Shown in pieces: positions 13,290 to 26,123 of a stretch of 64,000 nt of DNA. Below the pieces are notes generated by a model. It saw only the letters and a list, made by a program, of their open reading frames with translations. It was not told the origin of the DNA and did no database searches. The first letter of the stretch is position 1, and each line of letters opens with the position of its first letter. Origin of the DNA: Marsupella aquatica. Its lineage: Eukaryota > Plantae > Marchantiophyta. The DNA is taken from assembly GCA_973895155.1 (NCBI GenBank), contig OZ316892.1, positions 28,668,307-28,732,306 of the forward strand, given 5' to 3'. The position numbers and the translations under genes are program-made.

Positions 13290-14110
13290 GCTACTAGTGT
13301 GTATCCTTTTCTACTAGGTGCCACCATTTCCATAACCCTGTGCCCAGAAAATATTGCCTGTAATTTTTTTCCAGACAAATATTACCTATGATAATGACTC
13401 TTTGGACTGGGTTTTTAGTCAAAAACTGTCCCCACAAAGCTCAGAAAATTTACTGATTGCCGTCGGTTAATATTTTCTCATTTTCTGGTCACAGGGTTAC
13501 AGACTAGTAACCTCGAGACTAAACCATCATTACCCTATACTTAAGATAATGAGTAGCCTTGTAATTTTGTTAACCCCATGAGAGGTCCCTTCCAAAATTC
13601 TTGGCACCAGAGCATGTCACATCAACAACAATCGTAACAAACAAGACTTGTCAGTTTTGTGAATCAAACTTACATTTTTCATTTGTGTTTGAGTCAATTT
13701 GGGTGTAAATTTTGGGACGCCATGCCGTAAAAAGAAATGTAAAAATTTAGAAATGCAAAGATCAAGATGGGTAAAGCTGTCACTATGTAACCATTTTAGT
13801 TACGTATCCACTTTTAAAAATTCAATTCAAAGATTTGAAAAGTATTTTTCATATAATAAACAATGACTAATAACTAACTTGATAACTTCCTTGTTAAAGG
13901 GTAACTAGCACATGGAGTAAGATTTCCAGCCTTTTGCAATTCAGGCAAACTGCCAGATATGGTCGGAACTTGAATTCAATGAATTGATACAATTTATTTG
14001 ATCAGACATTGATCTGGTTTGATCTGGTTTCAAATGGACTTGTCACAAATTCACTATTGACTGTCTTAGAATTTGGTTGCATGTAGCGAAAAGGCCTAAT
14101 TTTGACAACC
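13290..14110. repeat. Dispersed repeat modules (non-autonomous DNA transposon remnants) also found at 31441-31760 (direct) and 34150-34613 (inverted)
   Basis: CTACTAGGTG..ACCATTT.CATAACCC..TGCCCAGAAA and CCCACAAAGCTCAGAAAA recur at 31442-31670. GAGGTCCCTTCCAAAATTC.TGGCACCAGAG..CATGCCGTAAAAA recurs reverse-complemented at 34450-34603. Confidence 0.75.
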
Positions 14111-14148
14111 ACTTATAATTATCACACTGTTTATTTTGGCCTGCAAAG

Positions 14149-14491
14149 TGTTAGGTAGTTACTCATGGTCTAGGGTTACAACATGTAACCATAGTTAGGC
14201 TAACCATAGTCGGAGACGTGGTTAGGTTAACTAGGATGCACACTATATGTCAAGCGGTGTTTGCTTGGATAAGTGGAACTTAGGCTCATTGTTATGTAGC
14301 CACTTGAGAGATGAGGAGAGCTTACACTATGGAGACTTGGTATGGCCAACGGGCTTAGAGTTCAGTAAAGCTCTCTTGTGTGTTCCCGTGGACGTAGCCT
14401 CAAGGAGGTGAACCACGTATATCTTGTGTCGACTACTTGCGCGTTGGATGTGTCATGTGCTTATCGTTACGAGTGTCGTCTATGCTCAACA
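14149..14491 (+). mobile_element. Solo LTR related to the copia element at 36457-40538
   Basis: TG...CA ends (TGTTAGG...CTCAACA); 5-bp TSD CAAAG at 14144-14148 and 14492-14496. The 3' half matches the copia LTRs (GGAACTTAGGCTCATTGTTA, TGTGTTCCCGTGGACGTAGCCTCA..GGAGGTGAACCACGTAT). Confidence 0.9.
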
Positions 14492-16784
14492 CAAAGCAAA
14501 GTATTCATGTGGCTGTTGGAAAAATGTCAAATTGCTCGGGCCATGGTTAAATGGGTCCATAGTGAAGTCAAAAACAACGTGGCCTGACTCTATGATCTGG
14601 CTTCTAAATGGGATTAACTTTTTGTGAGAAAATCTAATATAAACAATGCAAGCTGTAAAATCTATCATATTTGTCCAACACAACATGACTACGAGCTTCC
14701 CTTCCCAATCAGGCTTCTACTTTCTGAAAGCTTAAGCTTTGCCCTTCTCCATTGATGAATAGTTGCGTTAAGGTCATGAGGCTATTAACCTTTAATTCCA
14801 AACTTGCCAAATTCAGAATTCAGTGAAATCTCCAAGATTTCTAATTATTTGAAAGTACATTGACAAATCGGGCGACAAATATTCTAAAGAGGACTCAACT
14901 ACTAGAAAGCTTCGGGTTCCTTGTTGAGAAAAGCAGATATCTCAATTGATCTTCAGAAAGTAGTCTTTTCAACTCAAATTGAGTGCCCAAGGCATTTCAG
15001 TGGTCAAATATAGTGCCATTTAATGCCTAAATCAACTAACGGAAAAATTGTGCCTTAGGTTTATTAATTAATGTTCTAAAATTAGCAAAAATATCTCATA
15101 GATCTTAAATGTTTTAATGTATGCTAGCTGAGCATTATGGACCACATTAGCCTGTCAAAAGACAAGCTAAAGGCCCTTATTTTCCTGGTCATTATGAAGA
15201 AGATTGCAAAATCACATTTGGATGAGGTAATTAATTTCTCCTATCCTTTCACTAAAATTTGTAAAATTATCTCATCAGAATAATCTGTGATACCATAGCA
15301 TTTTGGACCATACTAGTCTCTCACAACTTGAGTTAAAGTTAATATTATATACATTGTATTTACTCAAACAAGGCCTAAGAAATGTAACCAAGGGGTACAC
15401 TAACTAATTCACCCTTTGTGAAAGACCCTCCTCGGTCACGGCCTGGTATGAGCACCTCGTAAGCACCATTTTCGATTCACAGAATATGCCCATTTCCGTA
15501 CAATTACCCATTCGATGGCCATCCCATCTAATGAAAGTCGATGTCAAGACCAATCCCATGCCATCATGCAAAGAGCGGGAACGCAAATTTCAGTCGCTGG
15601 TTGGTTTGCTGTTCCTGCCCGCGGGCAAGCCGCAAGCCACTCACGGGCACGCCGATCGAGAGCGCCGAAATGGATAAACGGATGGATGTACGGCCACAAG
15701 AGGAGAGCGGACGGAATTCACTGACGGAGGCGCTTCGGTCAATCACCGGCAGACACCCTGCCCGAGGGCAATCAGAAAATTATCTTATTCTCCGAGGCTG
15801 CCCTTGATGTGTCGGATTGCGCTATGGATGTAGTGCGATGCCACTAATCCGGTGCCGGCCAGCCGTCGATTGGAAGGGTCGGTGGTGGGCCCTACCACGC
15901 TCTAGGACGGGCAGCATATTAATCATTATTTCATTTCCAGGTTCCCGTATAGTCGCTGGTATATGCCTCACGGAGTCACGGTGCTCCGTCGAGGCGTCGA
16001 CTAAAGCGGTTCTTTGTGGAGGCGCGGTAGTGGTCGAGAGGTGTTTTTTAAAGGGGTTTGGACAAGGTGGCGAATGTTGCCTAAGAGAAGATGCTAACAA
16101 TATTCCTTATCTAAATTTCTTGGATCAGCTCACTAGAGTTAGCTATCACTAGATTTAGGAATCACGTCTGATTCTGGAAGTACTGTAGGTAACCGACGAC
16201 CAAAAGCCTGGTGACTTTTAGCCAAAAGTGGGGTGGGGAGCAGTGTATTTTTTAAAGTTTTTATTTTTTGGCCAGAGTGGCGAATGTCCTGTGGAAGGAG
16301 AAGATGCTCAAAATATTCTTTATTTGATTATGTTCCTGACACTCAGATCTTCCTAGATTTAAGAATGACCATTAGATTCTGGCTCATGGGACCTGTGATT
16401 AGGTGGAACACTAATGAGACACAAAAATACTACCAAAATTTTGCCAAAAATGACCAAAGCTTTTTGATGGGGGTGGAATTTGGCAAATTTTTGCCACTAA
16501 AAGAAACACTAGTGGGGAGGACTTTCTAGTGAAGTGCAATCAGAATTTGTCAACATTTTTTCAGTAAAAAGAAGGCTGGCCCTCATCACGGGAAACAGAG
16601 ATGCAGTTTGGGAAGTCCATGATACATATTAACTGCCAATGAACAAAGGGGACGGGGCAAACAAGAGAAAACCTGGATAGACTAAAGAGCCAAAATCCCA
16701 AGAGACCCCGGCAAAAGTCCCCCACTCCAACCACTAGGAACAAGGTCCTAAAAGTAGCTGAATTAAAGAGTCTGGTAGAGAAGA

Positions 16785-16945
16785 ACCTGGAGGGATTTAT
16801 TTGATTAGATTCCAAAATGAAACTGTTACTTGATAGGACCTTTGAATGATCCAGATACTTTGATTGACCTTGAATCAATATACCCAAAACTTCAAGTGTA
16901 CTATAACTAACACAATTCATTTAGGAGCCAGATCAAACACATCCC
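16785..16945. mobile_element. Degenerate copy of the Mutator-like MITE at 52744-52980
   Basis: GAGGGATTT..TGTTACTTG.TAGGACC..TGATCCAGA..TTGACCTTGAATCAAT.TACCCAAAACTTCA is shared with 52744-52930. Confidence 0.7.
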
Positions 16946-17953
16946 TAGAAGAGCCTAGTAGAACTCCAAAGTGGCACATGCGAGTCATGCCCAAGAACTT
17001 AACTATGCATCAGAAAACATTTTCCACGAATAATCTGTAGACGGAAGGGCGGACGGCGGGCAGACTTCCCGTCAACGGAAAGGAGACGGACGGAGAGATT
17101 CATATTTTATTCACTTATTAGGCCGCGTTGGATGGATGGATGGAACTCGGGCGAATAAGATGCACGTGCCTTCCATCGGTCCGTCGGCCCTTCCTGAATC
17201 CCCGTCCTTCGACATTCCTTTGCTTCGGGGGACCTTCTCTTCTTCCGCTCCTACAAGTCTTTCTTCCGACCCCTTGATCGAAATTTGCCTGCGGAGCGGA
17301 GGAGAGGAGTCGAGCGGAAGGAAGGAAAGAAGGAAGGATCGGAGGAGGGGCTGATCGAGTAGCGCGTGAATGGGGCATGATCGAGCTTCATAGAATTCTA
17401 CGTCTTGAGCAATTCGATTCCGGTTGTGCAGAACTCGATTCGCAGCGGTGGAGTGTGGTATGACCTTGATCGGCGTCGAGCGTCGTCCTTCTTCGTGGTT
17501 TTCTGATCGATGTTTTGTGACTGATTTGTTGCTTCGATTGATCGGGTCGAGCGAGCGCGACGAGCGATCTTTCGATCGGGAGCGACCGCTGCTTTGATTT
17601 CATCTGCGTTTGGGTTGCCGATTGTTTCGGAGGCGTTGCGTTGTGTGCGTTAGGGCTCCGTGGAGAAGGGCAATTGGTGTTGGGTGATCAATTGGTGCCG
17701 TCGAATTGATCGATCGATTGACCTAGAGTAGTAGCGCCCGAGGTTTCGCAGGCCGTGCTTTTGTGGAGGACGGACGTGTTTGGGCTGTGGTTGGTAGCGG
17801 TGGTTTCAGTACGGAGGCGAAGAAGGTGATTGGAACAAGGATATAGTGGAGGAGGTGGAGGTGGTAGAAGAAGTGGAAGAAGGGATAGCTGTGGTGGCGT
17901 AGTGGCGGGGCGTGGAGGAGTGGTAGCAAGGCAGGGACTACTTTAAGCTTTTC

Positions 17954-20900
17954 ATGTCCAGCGCGCCCACCTCGCTAGCATCACCTGCCGCGACATCCGA
18001 ATTTTCGCAGCCAGTATCTGTGAACCATGGAGTTTCAGACCATCTTCGGTCACCGAGCGTTTTCCAACCCGCGCCCTTGTCCTTGCAACTCGACAGCGGC
18101 GGTGAGGCGGGGGAGCAACAATATTTTGACGAGGGCAACAAGAGGAGGGAGGGACAGAGGAGATCGCAGGGCCACCGGAAACATGGAGGCGGCGGCTCCC
18201 TCAACCCTCTCGCCAAGGAGTTTGTTCCAGTCAAGGGGTCCCCAATTTCAGGTGCCCTACTACAATGTGTAATCTCATAGCTTGGAGGGAGCCGTTTGCT
18301 TGCTAATCGTCATGTCCCCGCTTCTTTTGTTGCTTCACTTACTCCCTTACAATGGCCCCTGGCTGTCTTTTGGACGAGGAGCTCCAATAATGGCTCTTAT
18401 AAAGTCCAATTTGTTCCGTTCTTTCGATGTAGAGTGTCTGATGAACCAGTGTGGTTCTTACGTGTCTTGTAGAAGTCGAAGGTGGACTGGATAATCTCAG
18501 CGCAGATTGATTGCTTATTTAGCCGGCCAGCGGAGTGTCTTTACACATTGTTTGCATGATTGATAGGCAAACTGTAGTCTCTGCACGTATCCTCTGCACA
18601 AGTAATTAGCAATGTTAAGTGTCAAGTATGTCAGGCCACATTTTCAGGGAGCAGCCCACTTAATGCCTCTGGTAGAAGTCGAACTCGGTCGATAATCTCA
18701 GGACGGATCAAATGAGCGAATTTTGTCTTCAATTATTTCACACCAAATGTTGGGCGTCTAGTCTCTGAGCAGAGAATAGACATATGGCGTTGTGGCTTTG
18801 ATGTCTAGTTCCAGACGTTTTGACTAGCCTTGTTGGTTTGTAATAAGTTCTGCAAGTATGAAGAGAGACTGTCTGCAAAATTCAAGTAACCGAACTATTC
18901 CGTTACGTAAAGTCATATCTGAGCGTTAAGTCTCCCCCGAGAGGTTCTCGAAAGTAGCTTTGTCTTATGGTGGCCTCGGTATGGATCTCCTGACTTTTGA
19001 ACTTTTCTCGAAAGCATTGTAATTACTTCTACTAACTCAATTGTGTTCGTTGTGTTTGTAACAGAGGGGCGTCCCAAGAATGGATTTGAATCCCAATCTA
19101 GCCGGTCAAGTGGGCGGAATAAGGTGAGATGCTGCTGCAAACCTTCTTAAGTTGTAGGGAATTGTAACGTTCATATTATTGCGGTATTGTATCGTCTGTT
19201 CAATTTTTCTGGTCCTGCAGCCTCTGCATGTGCTACGGTATTTGTTGTCTGCCAGGACCGTCCGCGCTGAGTAATTGCTTTTCACCTTCATCCATTAGTC
19301 TCGAGGTTTCTTTCTTGACACTTTACATTGCTAGCAGGGGTCAAACAGGGGGAATTCTCGTACTCGAGGGGACCATGATGCCCCAAACAGGAGTGTGATC
19401 TTCAGAGAGGATGTTAAGAAGATCAATTCTGAGTACAGCACTGCAGGAACCTCCCTGACAAGCTCAGGAGGGGGATTATCTGCAGCGTTAAGGAAGGGTA
19501 GCCCTGCTCAGACCAACCATCGCGTTCCCACGGTGCATGGAAACCAGTCGTCATCGATGAGGATCTCAGGTGGTCAGTCTTCTTCGAGCAATGGCCGAGC
19601 CTCTGGAGCAGGCACTACTCCTCCAGGAAGCCGGAAAGGTGGGCAGGGATTTAATGGCAATCACTTATTGAATTTCCAATACGATCCTATCACTCGACCC
19701 CAACCAAGAGGAGCTCCTGTTCGCAACAAACCTCGGAAGTCTCAACCTTACAACAAGGAGCTTTTCCTCCAGGCCAACTTCAGGTTTCTGGTCTCTGATT
19801 TTGGAGATTATATTTTGAACACATCTGATCCGGACAAGATGCTTGAATGGGAAGACGTGGCCGCTCTGAATTTTGCAGCACCAGTACCCGTGCAGTGTCC
19901 TATCTGTCTGGATAGACCTCTATGCCCCCAAATCACCACTTGTGGTCACATTTTTTGTTTCCCATGTGTCTTACGTTATTTGCTGATGGGTAAACAAGAC
20001 GTTCACGTTGAGCCGCGGAAGACATGCCCGCTGTGCTTTTCAATGATCTCTGCGAAAGAGCTAAGGACCGTATTCATTGATGATGTACACCAATATGGAC
20101 TTGGAGACAAGGTGAGATTTACCCTCCTCATGCGGGCCAAAGGTAGCATCATTCCTTTTGCAAAGACGGATACAACAAGCGGTCCGTTTGCACACAGTAG
20201 CAATGGTGAGTGCCACCTGTTCTCGAAATTTACCCTTACATCAGATGCTGATCCAACAACCAGCGCAGCGATAAAGGAGCTTACAACATGGGCAGAAAGA
20301 GTCCAGCTGGTAGGGGGTGAAGATATAGACCTTCTCCCGTTTGTCTTTGTTGCTATTGACCAGCTTCGTCAGAGGAAAGATGCTTGGACGGAGCATCGGA
20401 AAATGGAGTTGTTGTCTAGCAGTCCTCCTGTTAGGCAGAGAATAATGGCGCAGGCGAAATCTGCTTCCACAAAATCTCCAGGGGATATGACACCTCAGCC
20501 TTTACAAAAATCAAAGAGTTTTGAAGGGAACGAGGAGTTGGAGGTCTCGAGTATAGTGAGAGCATCGTCTCAAGGGAAATTTGACAGCGAGAAGGTTGAT
20601 GTTCTCGCAGAGACGGAGGCTGCAATGGCAGAACTGAAAGGGAAGGCGGGTTGGGTATACGAAAATGCATTTTCTGATGACGAGGATGAGGCAGGGCCAA
20701 GTGGGCAGATGTCGGTCCGGTCTAGCCAGAGGTTGGGGATGCCAGTGCGATCAACATCTCAGGGCCTTTCAGACCTAATGCCGGAGAAAGTTCGTACTGT
20801 GGAAGAGACCATTGCGGTGCCTGATAGTGGAGATACTGCTGTTCCCGAGGATATGGAGAAGAGGGAGCAACAAACTAAGAAAGAGTTGGAGGAAAGAGAG

Positions 20901-23087
20901 TCATACACATTCTATCAGTCTGCCGATGGTCAGATACTCATATTGCATCCTTTGAATGTGAAGTGCTTGTTGCAACACTATGGGAGCTATGAAGCTCTTC
21001 CAACGAGGTATGATGTTGTAGTGATCTTAATCTTTTCGCCAACAAGTCCAGTACTTTACCTGTTAGGGGTGTGGCATCTCAAGAGGAACTTTTTTCCGTG
21101 ATTTAATCTTTCTACCAGTTTCAGAGCCATTTGGCTAATCCTTGGAATTAATATAAATTCTTGTTGGTAACTATTAGACTGTTGAACATCTCCAAAATTA
21201 GCACTGTTAATACTTTACGGAAATTCCAGTCTTCTGGATTTTTGAAAAATGTAGCACCTTACCTCTCTGATAATGGTTGTTTGTGGCTGAAATTCGTAGT
21301 CTGGACCGAAATAATTTCTTATGCCTTTCGATGTTTCCCCTTCTTCCACCGAACTTTTGACTTATGCTTTGAATAATCTGGAAAGTAGTGAGCTGACTTG
21401 GACGATTCTGACTTGTTGAATTCCTTCTGTCCTCAGCTTGGAGGCGGGCATTGTTGAGTTGGAAGGAGTGACTCAGACAGAATCGACCAGGAAGCGCTAT
21501 CGTTACCTTAGTCACCTTCCTTTAACAGCTGTATTCCAAGTAAGATTTTCTCTGCATCGATTCGGAAAGTATTCTCGAAAATCTTCGAAAGGAGACGAAA
21601 ATGGTGGCGGGAATATCATTGCAATAACGAAATATACAGATTACCAGTCAGCAGTGGATCCTTTTGTGGCGTTGCTAGGGAAGCACATTTTGCGTCATCT
21701 AGAATTGCTCCGGAAGGCTGATTCCTATGGTTTAAAGGACTTCGATTTAACGAGCGTCTAGCTGAGTTCTTATATGTATAATCTTGATTTTTATTTGCAG
21801 CTTTGTGAGGTGGATCTGAGCAAATCCCTGCCAGAATCTGCTTTGTTACCATTTTCCGATGAACTGCGTAATCGAGAGAATCGTAGATCTCGTATCCTCA
21901 AAGAGGTGAGAACAGCAATTGAGCAATGCTTTCAACAGTGGAGTGTTTGGGGCTAATATGATCAAGTCAGGGAGGGCTCATAAATATTGGTATTTTGGCG
22001 AAAACGAATGCAAGGTTTTTATTTCCTAGTTTCTACTTGCCCTTAGAACCCTAGAAGTATCATTGTGTCAGATGTTTGGCTCAGCACTTTGCTCATTGCT
22101 GATTCAGGACGAGGAGCAAAGGCTCCTAGAGGAGAGAATAGCAGCGGCTGGGGTTGCAAGATATGCACCTCCGACAGATGCCGATTTTTCCGCCACTTTG
22201 ACAGCCATCGATTTCGATGATGGATTTCGAAGTGATGATTTTGAAGGTACGTGTACGAGTCGACTTTCTGTGAGGGAGGTGGTAAAGTCCGTGAGAGCAT
22301 GCCGCCGGAGGCAAGAATGGCTGTGTCTATGTTTGTCTGTTAGTTTAGGTCAGCTTCTCTCATGATCAGTCCCAGATGCTTAGGCAAGCAGGTGATAGGA
22401 GAGTATGTCTGTTCTACTGAGATGCCTTAAAAATTAGTACTGTTTACCCATTGTGTCAAGGGAAAAATGGGTTTTAGACAACAAGTGTTGCCGCTGAATT
22501 AGCCAGTTGTCTGTCTGGCCGTCATGGCCAATGCTAAGGTAGTTCTGACATGGCTCTGATTTTGAGTGCATGTTGTATCATCGTCAATCTCAGATCCATT
22601 TGGGACTTCACCCGTGGCTGCTCTCAGCCCTCCTGAACACGAGGAGCGCAAATTGTTTTCCAATGTTGCCAAATTAGGTTTTGCTTCTGGCTATGATGCT
22701 CCTGATCTCATGTCAAGAGGGCCCACTGCAGATTCCTCAGCTGGATCTTCACCGGCTTCTTCTTCAACCTGGTCTTCAGGGGCTGGTAAATTGCCTTTTT
22801 CTATCCGACAACTATTGTTCGTTTCTTTTTTCGATCTGTAGGATTGTTTTGTTGTCCAATGACGGTCCTTCGACTATGTTCATGACCTTTTGATTGATCA
22901 AATGATGTGAGTCTGTGTCCACTAACTCCTGGCTTTATTCCGGTGGCCGTGTTGGTTCTCAGGGCCAAGCAGGGGACTTGTGTCCTTCGCAGACATAATT
23001 GTGGCTCCAAAGGACAAAGGTGGCCCTAAGAAGGGTAAGAAAGCCTCAAAGCTTCTTATGTCAACAGCAGGTGGACGACGTTATTGA
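17954..23087 (+). CDS. RNF10: RING finger protein 10 / Mag2-like E3 ubiquitin ligase. Exons 17954-18251, 19065-19123, 19335-21007, 21437-21539, 21801-21905, 22108-22246, 22594-22785, 22963-23087
   Basis: GNHLLNFQYDPI, YNKELFLQANFRFLV, C3HC4 RING CPICL..ITTCGHIFCFPCVLRYL..CPLC, YTFYQSADGQILILHPLN, RKRYRYLSHLPL and C-terminal KKGKKASKLLMSTAGGRRY. All introns are GT-AG and in frame. Confidence 0.92.
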
Positions 23088-23599
23088 TCGGTCGACCTCC
23101 TAAATTATTTGTGGAGAGAATAGGTGCTCTTGTTAAAGACCATGTGCTGAAGAGCTTTGCATCCCATGTGTACAAATTTTGCGAGGGTGCGCGATCGTAA
23201 AACATGTCCTCATTTTATCCCAGGACAATTAAAGTCTGTTGTACAGGTTTTGTTTTTATTTTTTCGGAATTTAAATCTCGCCAAGGTTTCAAGATATTTC
23301 CGATTTTCTGTAAGTCGCTGCAGATTGCGTCTCACCGTTGCTCTCTCATCTCGAAAAAATGGAATCTGGAGTTTTCTCCCCTGTAATATATTCCTCTGAA
23401 AGCTGTAGTCTCTGGATCTTTCTTGTGCGAACGTTTTGAGAATTTCGCACATCAATGACACGGAATGCAACGGGCCCGTTCATAAGGTTAAGGGGTTTTC
23501 TGTCGACTTAGCAAATCTTAGAGGCGATGACCAAGGGAAGATTCTGTTTATGAACTCAGAACCACCTCTCACTAGTGGATTACCCTACTTTTAAAGCGT

Positions 23600-24910
23600 C
23601 ATGGTCAGAATTGTACACCCTGGTGCATTTTTTTCTTTGCATGCCTACACATGTTTATGAGGCATTTGCCCCCAGGTGGAGCCACTGAACCCCTGTGCCA
23701 GCCTGTCCTGGGATTCTGAAATTTCAATGAGAAATAGTGCAAGCCTAGCCTGGGGATGCAGACATGGGGATTGAGAGATAGTGCAAGTGGCAGTGCTAGT
23801 TGAAGCTTTGTAGTGTAAAATGCAAGTGGCAGTTAGTGCCCGATGAAACTTTTGCATTACAAAATAGAAATGAATGATTACAAGAATGCACTCAGGAGTG
23901 GCTCTGCAAGTGGCTGGAAGTGCCAGATGAAACTTTTGCAGTGTAAAATAGAAATTAAAACTGCGTTATAAAATAAATGAATGAATGATTCAAAAATGCT
24001 CTCAAGCTCTGCAAGTGACAGTGTAAAATTCTAAAATAGAAATGAATGATTAAAAAATGCACTAAGGCTTTGCAAGTGGCATACAGAGGCAGATAAAAAC
24101 TTGGCAGAGACTAGAAATGAAGACTGCATTCTAAAATAGAAATGAATGATCCAAAAATGCACTAAGGCTTGCAAGTGGCACACAGAGCCAGATAGAAACT
24201 TGGCAGAAACTAGAAATGAAGACTCCAAATTACAGTACAATAGAAATGAACTCGAGCATGCACCCAGACTTTACTTTCAGTACTACATCCCAAGTTGTAA
24301 CCCTCTCTCATTGCAACTCAAGCCCGCTTGGGGATAGTGGGTTGTAACCCCCTCTTCACAGCAACTCATGCCCACTTGGGGATAATAGGTCATAAACCCC
24401 TTTGGTCTCAGTGCATGGGCCACCTACTCGGGGATAATGGGTCATAACATCTTGGTCTTAGTGCATGGGCCACAAATTCCTCGGCCTCAATGCGCTCTGG
24501 GATTACATCTCATTAACCCCTCTTGGGGATGGGTTACCTTACATGAAATTGCCATCTGGGATTACATCCAATTACCCCCTGGGATTACATCTCATTACCC
24601 CTCAGTGCTTGGGCCATAAATTCCTGGGCCTCAGTGCTCTCTGGGATTATATCTCATTACCCACTCTTGGGGATAAGTTACCTTACATGAAAATGCCAAT
24701 TGGGATTACATCGCATTACCCTTGGGATTACATCTCATTACCCTTCAGTGCATGGGCCATAAATTCCTCTGCCTCAGTGTGCTCTGGGATCACATCTCAT
24801 TACCCCCTCTTTGGGATGAGTTACCTTTCGTGAAACTGCCCTCTGGGATTACATCCCATTACCCTCTGAGATTACATCATCTCATTATCCCCTCTTGGGA
24901 ATTGTCCATT
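23600..24910. repeat. Composite repeat element with tandem subrepeats (AAATAGAAATGAATGAT/TGCAAGTGGC; GGGATTACATCTCATTACCCC)
   Basis: Visible tandem arrays. The left module (TTATGAGGCATTTGCCCC..TGAAATTT.AATGAGAAATAG..AAAATGCAAGTGGCA) is homologous to 31920-32092 plus 44009-44630. Confidence 0.75.
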
Positions 24911-26123
24911 GTCCTACTTTAAAATGTCCCAGTGACGGCATTGGGAGCATTCGTGGTAGGCAATCCCAATCTAACCAACGCCGGAGTGTTTGAGACATCG
25001 CTTCAAAGAGCGAAGGTAGTTTTAATCTTCCTTTGCACGGTTTTGAGACTGGCCACCTTTTGAGGTAGTAACCTTTTCCCCAGACTGGACTTCCGGCACC
25101 AAAAGTATTCTGAGAGCCTCCCATGAGAAGTATTGGGACGAAGAAGCCAGATGAATAGATTTGAACGACGGAGGTTGCGGGAAGTTGGTCATTACTACAG
25201 CAGCGAAGGGAAGACGTGCCTGCTGATGTTTTCATGAGGGAGAGCAGCGAAGCTCAGACAAGCCTGCTGATATTTTCGTAAAAGCTATGCGCGGTATTTG
25301 TGGAGACATACTGGTGTCCTGTCTAAAATGTCCACCAGTTCATACATTCCATTTTTCTTTAGCGAGGGGAAGTGGGCAGGTTCCAACGATGATTTCAACT
25401 TGTACAGTACGCACGTTCAAAAGTAGCTCAGAAGACTCCGTTCGACAGTGAGATGTTACTACTACGAGAAAAGTCATTATTGGGTCACAGCCCTGGGGTT
25501 TAGTGCCCTGATTCCACATGAAAACACACTTGACGATCCCAAAGATCTGTTTTCAAACTTGAGCATCAGAAGGCACTTTCCAAAGTAGCTCGGAAATACT
25601 TGTGTCAACATTGAGATCACCCACTTCCAAGAAGAGGGGAGACGGAAATCAAATCTCGACCCCAGTTCACTCTCTCTACAATGAAAAGGCAGGTATGGAG
25701 CCTGCTTTAGATGATGCCCATATTGGATTTTTGCCACAGTGGGCAGCTCAATACCAACGGTGGATGACGTCAAAAAAGGCAATGATGCATGTCTATCAAC
25801 AGAGTTTGTAGTGTGCATATCAAACGCGTGGAGTCGCGTGGAGTCAGAGATTCTCCAACATCTTCATTCAGGAATTCTCCGAGATCTACAATCAGATGAA
25901 GGAATCTTGACTTGGGTACCGCACATGAAAATACATGAACAAAGGTCCACAGTTCATATCTACGGCATGTGAATGTCCCAAAATTCGGCTCCATAGCGTT
26001 CTGTAAAATTGACTTTCAATTATGGTCAAGTGATTCTGCTCTAACCCTCACAAACCTATTCCCAAGGGAAGAGACCGTTACGACAGGAAGTATCTTGACT
26101 AAGTAAATTCAAATGCGGACTCA

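Noticed and set aside
24280-24900. CRISPR-like palindromic repeats (also 44200-44630)
   Set aside because: The units are degenerate, the intervening sequences are themselves repeated, there are no cas genes, and the context is eukaryotic.
25300-25990. Short overlapping ORFs downstream of the Cys-rich gene
   Set aside because: No recognisable domain and no coherent splice model.
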